From assembly GCA_973895155.1 (NCBI GenBank), contig OZ316895.1, forward strand, positions 15,258,816-15,322,815: a stretch of DNA of 64,000 bases, given 5' to 3'. The translations under genes and the position numbers were made by a program. Each line of letters begins with the position of its first letter. The first letter of the stretch is position 1. A model generated the notes under the pieces. The model saw nothing but the letters and a program-made list of their open reading frames with translations. It was not told where the DNA came from and did no database searches. Shown here in pieces: positions 48,801 through 59,522 of this stretch. This DNA is from Marsupella aquatica. Its lineage: Eukaryota; Plantae; Marchantiophyta.

Positions 48801-51800
48801 TGATTCTTCATCTTCACCTACTCCTACCACAATATCAACATCGTAAAGTGGCTGCATGCCCATACCATTGGGCCACCAGAGACGGGGCTTGTAGAAGAAC
48901 AGCTGCACCAAAAGTTTCCAAATTTTCTCTTATGTAAGATTTGAAAGGCTTCTATCACCCAAGGGCACTAGACTGATGAGAGGGCTGCACAAGTTTCCTT
49001 TACAACGAAGGAAACTGGCCGCTTTGAGAACAGAACAAGATGATAGAAGGGCTCATATTTGAACGATATTTCCTGACGGGATGAATAAAATCAGAAGTCC
49101 AGAGTCACTAAACCCTGGATAAACCAAAACAAACCCCACAAATAGGAGCCTTGAAGTAAGTTTGTCTGGACAGGGCAGAGTTGATCTTGAAGATAAAACA
49201 GCTCAGGAGTACAACGTCTTCCAACTCTTGTCAGATTCTAAGCACCAAGGAAAGATGACTTACTTCGGGAAACGTGTACGATGTCCTAGTACCAGCCTTG
49301 ACTGAGAGCTGAGCTGAATGTAGATGCTCCACTGAGCTAAATTCATCCTCTATATCCAGCGAAACATGTATTTTGATAGTGCAAGATATATCTTCGGAGG
49401 TGGCATTGTGCAGCTCTGTTGATGCATGGAGATACGCTCTTGTATAGTTGTCATAAAAGGTGGTGACCAGATGTGGATCATTTATAGTAATTGACTGAGA
49501 AACCAAAGCCACATTTCACGTCAAGAAAGATCCCAAAATTCTTAAGAAATGTGTGATCCCGATGAAGAACAACTTCAAGTGGACGGGACAAAACTCCACT
49601 TTCCTCACATCTCACAGAGGTAGCATGCAATAGGCACGACATTGCACAATTGAATATCGGACGAACCAGTATGATTAGAAGCAGAGCTCTTGAATCATGC
49701 TTGTCATGACAATCTATACTTCACAGCATCCCTTCACATCTTGAAGATTCCAAATAAACATATTCTAAAAAATTCAGTGTGGAGTGATCAATCTCTGCGG
49801 TGCATTCTCCAGCAAAATTGTATTGAGTCACTGCAAAGGTGCGTTTCATGTTCGTCACATACCCCGGTAAACAAAAGAGACACCTCATCCCATAGTCCTG
49901 TGTTTCTGTCCCTGCAATTTCAGAATAGAATTAGAATTACTAACCTGTTTGTATTTGGAGCCTCAACGTGAATGGAAATGCAAATTCTACAATTTGTTCA
50001 GATTGGCTGTGAGGAAGCATCTGCCAAACGTGTCAGACACGAGGCACTTTCACTCTCCAAGAAAGGATGTCACCTGATTGGGGTCATCCAGTCCCAGCCT
50101 TCAACATATTGCGCTGCCACATCTTTGGCAATCTGAACGTGAGAAAATCATCAAAGAATCAATTCTGGATGATTGGCCTGAAAAAAAAGGGGGAAATTAA
50201 CGTTGTGTTTAAGAAAATCTCACTGCCACTTCGAAAGTACGTCGTTGTGAAAGGACGCTCTGAAAATGCTTTTGCCCTCTTCCAGTGCAGCCCACATTAT
50301 GCAAACTACTGCAGGATTATCACAGGTCCAACGAAATGAAACGAATTCCTTACATCATGATCCCCTCCCTGTCCGCCCTCCGGTGGGATGCGTCCTGGGT
50401 GATCAGGCGGGTGGATGAGGACTGCCAAGTAATTCACGTCCTTTGACTTGAGCCAAGTAGTTATGTCCAATTTGTGTCGTCGAAACATGCCCTTAGGTAG
50501 AGAGGTTTTGTGCCCATTCACATACACATCAGCCGAATAGTTGATTGCTCGAAATTGCAGCCATGCAAGCATATATCCAGACTGTTCCAATCGCATCCGA
50601 GTACAAAATTTCAGTTCAACAACCATATTAAAATCGAATATTTTACGGCTACTGGACAACTCAATACGAGACAAACAAATACTTTCATCGTCGTAAACCA
50701 TTTTCAACATTTTCTTTCCCTGATCCAGAGAGATACAGCAGGAAGAAGACACCAGTGCAGTGCCTGCTAAGCTTGCTAATGAGTCATCGCCACAAGACCC
50801 ACGAAAGGGGGAAATTAACTGATTTCCAAACGCTGCAATATTAGTTGCCAAAGCCATTTCTAGGACCCGCAGTATTATTGTAGTCACTAACTTGCTTCGG
50901 CTCCGCTCTGACTTTGTGCTAACTCGTGAAGACTAGAAAACCACCACCGTTTGTCATGCTGAAGAACTAGTTGGCAGCCATTGCCAGGAACTAGCAATGA
51001 TACCTCTTGCCATGCACCAATTTCACTCTGACTTGCAGTTAAACATTGAATATTGCAATCGATCGTTTATGGATGGTGAAATCCCGGTTGGCAATGCCTC
51101 GTCCAGGACACAAGCAGTAATGTACGTTCAAACCGATGCATCGTCTAACCTAGGACTCCTGAAGATCACAATCAAACCTTCTACTGCCACAAACAAATTT
51201 CAAGAGGCACACCTCGGGTGTAGTGAAACTGTTGCAGAACCAGAAAGTATAGTAGTCCCTCCCTGAATCTCCTATATCCACTATGTTCATATTTTCCATA
51301 CCATAAAAGGGATCTGGAATGAGACCGTTCTTCAGCAGTGTTGTCAATATCCTGCATTAAAGACAAGCAGCCTTTCTCAGTTTAGTCAGTACTACGAGGG
51401 CAGCTTATTGCAGACAAAACTTTAGCTTCTTGTCCCATCTTTAAGTATTGGTTTCCGTCAACCGCATGCAGGGAAGCTGTTCAGCTGACTTCCAACGGTA
51501 CAGTCAAACAATATACAAAACCTTGCTAATGAGTCATCGGCACAAGACCCACGAAAACTATCCTCGACTCCTTAAGAAAATCGGCAGTATTGAAACTGTT
51601 GGTGAGATGACAATCACGTCAAGAATCCCACATTCTGGTAAAAGGTTTTCACGGTTGTGGGCCATAATTAAGATCGGAACCTTCGTATCCGAGGTTTAGC
51701 TCTTGAAACAGGAGGACAAACTTGTGAGTTCCCAACAGCATAGATGTCTGTCTCGCTCCTAATAAAGCTCGACCCAAATACATGTTCACAGGCGCTCCAG

Positions 51801-52454
51801 GCTAGTATGAAAGCAATTTTTCTGAGCTATGGAAACATCTTTCTTATAGCCCAATTCTTAATTTGATTCCGTTGTATCCTGCTCTGCAAATGATTTACTG
51901 TAGGCGGTTTGTGTGCCCACCGGCAGAGAAGACGAGGTGTGCTACTTCAGAAGGAAGAGAATATTTTGATAAAAACCTGCTACTCTATTCTGTCCTTTTA
52001 GTGCGCCTTGTTCGGAGTTCAATCACAGTTTTCTGAACGAGGACACTGAAACTGCAGAGTGAGCCAAAATGTCCAAAATGCCAACAAATGACTTATTTGG
52101 GTCCAACTTCGTCTAGAGGCAAGGAAAATGTGACCAGCCGAAGAAGCTCCGTCCAAACGCAGACAAATGACTACAATTGAACCGAGTGGAAAGTCTCGCA
52201 TGCGATGCCAACGGGACGGTATATATGGAGTGAAGCCTAGGAAGGAGTGAGCTACAATTGAATCTTGCACAATTGGAGAAAAACCACTGACGTACAAAAG
52301 CTGGAGAGAATGCTTACGTTCCAGGAACGACCCCCTCCATCCATCCCTTGGTCTCCAAAGAGGGGAACTCCGAGGTGGTGAGCTCCTCACCCGTCCGAGA
52401 CACATCACTGGCCCGGGCAGCCACCCATCCACTATCCAATTTGACAAATGCCAT
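45803..52454 (-). CDS. EBM: Mannosylglycoprotein endo-beta-mannosidase (GH2), 12 exons, 929 aa
   Basis: Exons 52454-52318, 51351-51213, 50581-50354, 50132-50074, 49911-49863, 49494-49264, 48902-48733, 48467-48263, 47865-47276, 47151-47070, 46929-46702, 46474-45803 (2790 nt, in phase). Motifs [67 protein letters not shown]. Confidence 0.95.
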
Positions 52455-52659
52455 TCCAACCACAGCTATTTGCAGCTGGCCGGACCTCTCCAATCTGAAA
52501 CCTCCGCGCAGCCCACCAAGCTTTGTCACTCTCTCTTTGTCTCAATTTGTGGACCTTCACATGACCCCAAGATTTGAGGTGTTGGTTTCAGAACCTCGAT
52601 CGATTCCCTCGACCATGTCAGCAGCGGAAAGCTGGTTACTTACCAGATTGCCTGTGAAG

Positions 52660-52660
<1 letters not shown>

Positions 52661-52699
<39 letters not shown>

Positions 52700-52718
52700 A
52701 GAGAGGGAGAGAGAGAGA
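52661..52718. repeat. (GA)n microsatellite upstream of EBM (CT-rich on the coding strand; likely 5' UTR or promoter)
   Basis: GAGAGA... tract read directly. Confidence 0.9.
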
Positions 52719-52838
52719 GGTGAAATCCAGAGGCACATGGTAAAGAAGTGCCAAGATTCCAAGAAAAGGCTCTTTGTGAGGTAGAGGCTTTTAGATGAGG
52801 AGGGGGTATAGGCCAATTATGTTTCCGTTGTGACAAAC

Positions 52839-52965
52839 ATTGGTGGGTTAAGCTCACACTAGCCTATAGTGCTATTGGTGGGTTAAGCTCACACTAGCCT
52901 ATATTGCTATTGGTGGGTTAAGCTCACAATAGCCTTTAATTATTGCTATTAGTGGGTTAAGCTCA
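52839..52965. repeat. 35-bp tandem repeat, ~3.5 copies
   Basis: ATTGGTGGGTTAAGCTCACACTAGCCTATAGTGCT units starting at 52839, 52874, 52909 and 52948. Confidence 0.9.
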
Positions 52966-53537
52966 GAGTACCTTAAGTGAGGATTTTTGAATATTGATAG
53001 AGGTGAGGACGTTCAAGCCCGTTGCCCCATTTTGGGAGACTCACCCCTGCCCCCACTCCCCTATTCGCACTCACACCCCAACTTCAGTTACACCCCCAGA
53101 GCCAGGGTCTAGAGACGTCTCTAGACTGTAGGCCCTGAAGATTAGCTTTTCCATTGTGATTATATAGTTAGGTGGCCAGGGGCAACTTGTGACCAACAGG
53201 ACTCCCTTCACTCATTGACACCCTTCTCATTTCCAAAACATTTCAACATCCAAGTTTGACATTCAATATCTCTTGTGATACCCAATCTAATATTTGTATT
53301 TTTCATGAAGAATTGAGAAAGTTGCGAATTTCTAAAGATTAGTCCAGCATTTAGTGTCCACACTTGGAGATTCCAAAAGTTTAGAGAGTTTCAAGGAATA
53401 TTGCAATTCCAAAAGTTTTTGAGTCTCATACCTCTAGTTTTCATGGAGATTGAGAGTTGTGAATTTCTTAAGATTAGGTCACTCTGTGTCCATACTTTGT
53501 GCAGTATTTGTGCAGTTACCTTTGGCATTCAATGTTT

Positions 53538-53809
53538 CCTTAGATATCTACTTGAATCTTATTTTTTGGAATCTTACTTTTTGACTCTGACATTCAACAT
53601 CTCCAAAGAACTCTTGTGGAAACTTAGCTTTTGGGTTCATTAGAAGCTCCTTAGAAAGATCTTTCCAATGAGCCTTAGATATGTACTTGAATCTTATTTT
53701 TTGGAATCTTATTTTTTGACTCTGACATTCGACATCTCCGAAAATATCTTGTGGGACTTAGCTTTTGGGTTCATTAGAAGCTCCTTAGAAAGATCTTTCC
53801 AATGAGCCT
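53538..53809. repeat. ~136-bp tandem duplication
   Basis: CCTTAGATAT(C/G)TACTTGAATCTTATTTTTTGGAATC...AAGATCTTTCCAATGAGCCT occurs twice in tandem with few differences. Confidence 0.88.
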
Positions 53810-54467
53810 AATGTATTCGAAGGAACCCAGGGGTCAGAAGAACATGTGGTGTATGTAGACCTCATGAACGCCGTAAGCATAATTGTCCATCAGTGAAGCC
53901 CTCTGTAGCTCAAAATGAAGGAATGGCAGTTGATAATGGTCGAGTCATTAGGACAATAAGTGAGGAAGAAGGTGATTAATAGCATTAGAGGACAGCTCAG
54001 TTAATTGCATCAGTCTCAACGCAGCTGATGAAACCACGGCTCTTCTGCTGATGGGTCCTTGTCAAAATTGCTTCGTAGTGTAGATAGTGCACTACGGAAC
54101 TAGTGCTTGCTTTTTTAGCAGATACAGAAATCTGATCTGCAATTGTTTTCCAGGTTGAACTTGTAGACTTAAGTAATTGAAAGAAAGGGATTGCTAAGGC
54201 AAATCCTAAGGTATTTGTAGAAGACGTATCGAGGCTAGCCTTGCTTCTTATGAGCAGAACTGATCCATGGGTGCTCACCAGCTTGTATTCAACAGTACTA
54301 CTACAAAACACAAAATGTGAGATCAATTGAGACCTCCTTGTGATAGTTACCTACTGCACTTCAGTTGCTTCCTCTGCTTGCTTCAATACATTGTCTGCAA
54401 AATACGGATCAATTGAAAAGCAGCTCTTTGCTCAAAGGAATGGATGCGCACTGCATAATGTTTGCTA

Positions 54468-55529
54468 TTATGAAGAAACCCTAGTACAGCCCTCTTCTGC
54501 CCACTTCTTGAGTATCCTCCGCACATTTGTTTCTACCCAGTTTGCGTTTCCCCACCTTCCCCATCCAGCCATAAACCTCATCCAGTCCACGAGAGCAACT
54601 TCGAACTGCTCCTTCAAGACCTCCAAAGTGAACTTTTCCCTCTCTACATTCACACCCTTAGCATTCAAGGCGCGCTTTAACTCGCAGTAGTAGAATTCCA
54701 ACAATTCCTCATCTCCTTTCTTCTTTCGAAGAAGATTACCATTAATACTAGTGCCTAAGAAATACACCAGATCCTGTACCCCTAGTCCACTACCTACATA
54801 CTGAAAATCATACAGCGCACACTTCGACGAGTCTGCAGAAAAGAGGATGTTGGCAGCTTTGCAATCTCCATGAATCAATGTTCTTCCCCTGCTGTCGGTT
54901 TTCAGTTTCTTTGCTGCAATTTGAAACTGGGAAATGTGAGCTTTCCATTCGCCCCTTACATAGGAGAACTCTTCCTGGCGAGTGTCGAGATACCAATACC
55001 CTCCCTGGGCCCAAGCCCCTTGTGCCTTCGAAGGGTTCTGGACTTCCAATGGTGGAGGCACCAGAGTCACCGTGGGATCCTTAGGAAGACCCCAGAACGC
55101 AGCATGAAAATTCGCCAACCATTTCAAGACGGTCCTCGCTCGATCCAGCCCTAGGGCATCTCCCGGCGACACAGGAAAATCTACCTCTAAGTCCTCAAGA
55201 AGCAGGCTCTCATTGCATGCATTTCCCGTCAATGGGTAGAATTTTGCGACTCGCGCTGTGCTACGAGGTCCTATCACAGAAGCAAGTCTGGAGTAGAAAT
55301 AACGCTCAACGTGGTAGGACACGAGCTTGCGGAGATGGGACTCGTCGGCAGATTTTACACCAGGGGGTTTCACCGTCTTCAGGATGAGCGATGTTGGAGT
55401 GGAGGAAGAGTTTTGAAGCACGCTCAAACGGAAGATATGGCCGTAAGAAGACCAGAGAGATGCAATGTGAGTGCTGGAGAGCAATTGCATGGACGCAGGC
55501 AGCAATTCGGCCAAGGCTTGTGAGCTCAT
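54468..55529 (-). CDS. Intronless EcKinase / choline-kinase-like (APH-fold) small-molecule kinase, 353 aa
   Basis: Brenner motif TLIHGDCKAANILF followed by DFQYVGSGLGVQDLVYFL. N-lobe SLWSSYGHIFRL...SLILK...SYHVERYFY, LLLEDL, WLANFHAAFWG. Confidence 0.88.
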   Translation of the reverse strand: MSSQALAELLPASMQLLSSTHIASLWSSYGHIFRLSVLQNSSSTPTSLILKTVKPPGVKSADESHLRKLVSYHVERYFYSRLASVIGPRSTARVAKFYPLTGNACNESLLLEDLEVDFPVSPGDALGLDRARTVLKWLANFHAAFWGLPKDPTVTLVPPPLEVQNPSKAQGAWAQGGYWYLDTRQEEFSYVRGEWKAHISQFQIAAKKLKTDSRGRTLIHGDCKAANILFSADSSKCALYDFQYVGSGLGVQDLVYFLGTSINGNLLRKKKGDEELLEFYYCELKRALNAKGVNVEREKFTLEVLKEQFEVALVDWMRFMAGWGRWGNANWVETNVRRILKKWAEEGCTRVSS

Positions 55530-55717
55530 TGTGTGGCAGCAGCTGATCTGATCTGATCTGATCTGAGCTGAGCTGAGAGTTTTCTACGGGAGACCCAACT
55601 TCGTTTCATAACAGTTCGATGGGTCCCCAAACTTCATGTGTGACACTCTCCCAACGAACAAAAAGCACTCAAACATTCCAGAACAGTTCTATGGGTCCCC
55701 AATTTTGTAAACGACAT

Positions 55718-56390
55718 TTTGGGATCCCAAAGGCAGGAGACCCATTGAAGGAGAAAACGAGCCCCAATTTTTAGAAACACCTTTTTACTAACCTATCCAA
55801 ACAACTGGCCGCAATTATTAACGTGTCGCCCCAACTATTTTAATTTCTAAGTCTACCCCTTTTTGAATACTGGTTACTTTAACTCCTCTACTTAACCCTA
55901 GGTTGTTCCACATTGGTCGCCTTCCACATGGCAAGGTGCTATATGCCACACAGAACCCTGGCTTGTTCTACCTGACCTGGGCTGACTCAATCCCAAATTT
56001 ATGATTTAGGGAGTACCAGCATGGGCTGGCTCCCTCGCATTGCGCTAAGGCTTCCTCCCCGCCCCGACTTACCCACAAAGGCAGGTGTGACAATAGGGCC
56101 ACACCTTGCTTCCCTTTGCTGGCCAGTACTCCCTAAATTGTCATAATTGGAGTGAGTCGGTCCAGATTAGGGTAGAACTGGGCAGGGTTCGGCGTGGCCA
56201 ATAGTGCCTTGCCACACGACATACAAGCAATGCAGAAAGACCCCAGGAGGGACCTTGGGTTGACTTAGGAATTACAAAAAACTCGGAGGACAGCTTGATA
56301 ATTACACTCAGTTTGGGGGATGGGTGAGTAAACATTGTTTTAATTTATAAATGACCTTTGGGATCCCAAAGGCAGGAGACCCATTGAAGG
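55718..56390. repeat. Identical 34-bp direct repeats ~640 bp apart upstream of the kinase
   Basis: TTTGGGATCCCAAAGGCAGGAGACCCATTGAAGG at 55718-55751 and 56357-56390. Confidence 0.85.
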
Positions 56391-57945
56391 GAAGAAAACA
56401 TGGAATAGTAAGGGAGGGCTGAAGACCAATAATGGGGAGAAAACACACTATCCCCAAGGCAGTAGACCCAATCAGAAAAAAAACTCACTTCCCAAGAACA
56501 GAGAATGTACCCAAAGACTGAAAAGTGCCAAACCCATAGATGGTATCCAAAATGCCAGAGACCCAAACAAAGGAGCGAAAACAAGCCGAAAAAGCCAGGA
56601 AGACCAAAGAGCCAAAGAGTAGCATTTTTCCAGTGGCTAAAATTTGCTAGACTCCATCTCTGTGAAAAGTTTTTGTCCCTTTTTGGGAAAACTTTGCTAG
56701 GTCTTTTGTCTTCCATTAGCCAGTTTCACACCTAGTCTGTTCATGAAACTTCCAGCACTGCTGAGTTTGGCGCGTGTCCTCATGCGCCTTGGATTAGCTT
56801 TTCTCTGTGCCTCACCGGCCTTTATTGCAATGACCATTGGAATACATTGGGTACCCTATCACCTTTCAATAACGACAGGAAATTTAGAAGAAAGGGGCAG
56901 GGCTTGTTCCCCAGGCCTTGCACTGAGGGCTCTCTTGCATGTAGTTGTCCCCTTGTTTGGCAGCCCTAAGCTTAAACCCTGGCATCATATGTAAATTGAG
57001 AATTTGATGCCTGAAGCTTCTCCTGAGGCATGCCTACAGCAGTTAAAGTGGATATCCAAGGGCCAAGGGTGGACACTTCCAGCCCTTGAGGTCCCAAGCA
57101 ACCAATTTCCCTCTTATTTTTAAATATTTTCTAAGGTGGCTACTAGCTTGGTTAGTTCCTGCCCTCCTTCTAACATTTTTTTTGCAGTGTATTTTACGCA
57201 ATGCAACCTTAAATATGACAATCTCTTTTGTGGAAAAATCTCTTTTACTCAACGACATCTTTTATACAGGTACTTCTTCACGCAACAACTTCTGTTATTT
57301 AACATCATCTTTTCCTCCATGGGATTGTCTGCAAAATGAAATTCTTTCCACAAAGAGATCTTTTAAGCAAACAGCATATTTTGGCAATGACATCAACAAT
57401 ATCTTTTCTGCAACATCTTTCACGCAAGAAACACATGTTTAAACATATTTTACGCATAACAACATCTCCTATGCATCAGCATCTTTTATGCCACACCATT
57501 TTTTATGCAATGCATGGACAATGAGCTACTTAAACAATATTACTATAGGCCACTAAAACCGGGCCCAGTGACACATAGCAAGGGAAGTTTAGGGAGAACC
57601 GAGAGTCCAGCAAAGAAAAAGGGGCACCTTACATGCAAGGCAGCCTTGAAGGGCTCTCTTGCATGTGAAAGTCATTGAGGTTGCAGCCCTATTCCCAAAT
57701 ATGTCGCCTAAAAGCAGATTTTGCCTGTCCATAGGATGTGTGGCACCTTTTGTCTCATTCTCAAATCAAAGGTTGGAATGTCAAGGGCCTGAAACTTTCT
57801 GGCCATTGGAAACCCTCAATGATTGCCACCAGGACTGCCTGGAGAGGGGGTTGTGGCATGAAAGTCTGGCTTCTTCATATGCTGCCATCTTTTCCACTCT
57901 TTGAGTACCTTCTACTGTACCTGCAAGATCATTGGAAATCTAATG

Positions 57946-58778
57946 AATCACCCACCCTACGGTATAGAATACAGTTCCTGTACAGTACTCTAGGAAAGCC
58001 TACTAATGCACTCAAGTTGTGTTTGAGGAGTCCCTTTGTAAGTCTTGGTTCCAAATGACATATGGCTTGAAAGGGTTAAGGAGGTTTAGCCATCAGAGGC
58101 TTAATGCAAAAGATATTTGTATTTACTTATTCTGTGAGGGAATCTCGGAGTTTCCTCTTTTGTCATATGTGCTCTCTTTTGTCATATGTGCTAATTGAAT
58201 GTAAAGTCAAAAATTCAACTAAGTTTTTTGCTTATTTTCTATTTTGTCCTGTAATGCCGTCATTTGCGCTTTCATTCTTTTATTATTCACTTTTTAAAGA
58301 TCATTTCCTTCTTTGCAACAAATAAGGTAGTTTGGTTATGATTTCCACTCATTGCCATCTTATTTTCTTACTGTTCACTCTTTTATGAAATCATATTTTT
58401 CTACTTTTCAAATAAAACAGTTGATGTTTGTATTTTCCATTCTAACTCTATTATATTTCTTTCCTTGTCTGTGGCTCACGCCAAGAATAATAAAAATCAG
58501 ATTCATTTTTGTTTGACAGATTTTTTTTTAATTGTGGGAAGTCAGATGACACTAAGGTATACTATACAATACCCATAATGACGTACTATACAGTACTAAT
58601 ACTGTACATAAATGTTAAATCACCCACCTACTGTACAGAATACAGTTCCTGTACAGTACTCTAGTACATAAATGTTGAATCACGCACCCTACGGTATAGA
58701 ATACAGTTCCTATATAGTACTCTACTACTGTACATAAATGTTGAATCGCCCACCCTACGGTATAGAATATAGTTCCTT
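57946..58778. repeat. ~60-66-bp repeat: three tandem copies (58600-58778) plus one dispersed copy (57946-57992)
   Basis: AATCACCCACCCTACGGTATAGAATACAGTTCCTGTACAGTACTCTAG core recurs at ~57946, 58618, 58678 and 58744. Confidence 0.85.
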
Positions 58779-59522
58779 TGTTGACAGACAGCGGCAGTGT
58801 GCGTGTGTGCGTGTTGGTCGAGGCGATGCAGCGGACCTGTGACTCAAATCGAGGAGAAATTTCGAGAACTCGGACTCCGCTCGAGACCAATTCAGGTATG
58901 TCGATTTGAGATGTCTTGCTCGTGAGGAGAGAGCAAGGTGATAGGGACGACAGAAGCGGGTAGAAACTAGGAAACGCTCGCTTTCCCAGTCGCAGTCGCT
59001 TCTGTTCTGAGCTCTGACCTGACCCTCTCATCCCTGTTCGTGGTCAATTCTGCCTTTAGGCCGGATGCAGGATTTTGGCTTTGGAAGAATTTTCGTGGCC
59101 CGCATGGGTTATGAAGTGTAGAATCGAAAGCTTTTCCTAGTGCCTATTGTCTAGAGTGAGTGAAGCCTCAAGAGCGGTAGGGAAATTTTGCAAGGTTTTT
59201 TGTGCCCTCGCCTCTTGTCTATTTATGTTCAAAGAACGGCAGTCAGGCTAGTGAATAATTGTTTAACCTGTTGCCTTGAATGAGAAGTGCTGTGTTTGGT
59301 AAAGGACGGTGCAGCGAGTTAGGTGGAGAGGAGAGGAGAGGAGAGTGGGAGAGAGCGGGGCTACGCTCTTGGATTGGTCTTCTCCCTGGTTACGACATGG
59401 TTTAACTAAAATTTCTCCGTATTTAGGTGTTGGCAGGGGCCTGTAGGTACATGTTTTTTCGATCGGTTCTTCTTTAGTTTGCGAGCTGGATACGACTATC
59501 TACGGGATTTCACGAGGTGAAA

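Noticed and set aside
53997-54326. 109-aa minus-strand ORF downstream of the kinase
   Set aside because: Non-ATG start and no motif; likely 3' UTR or intergenic.
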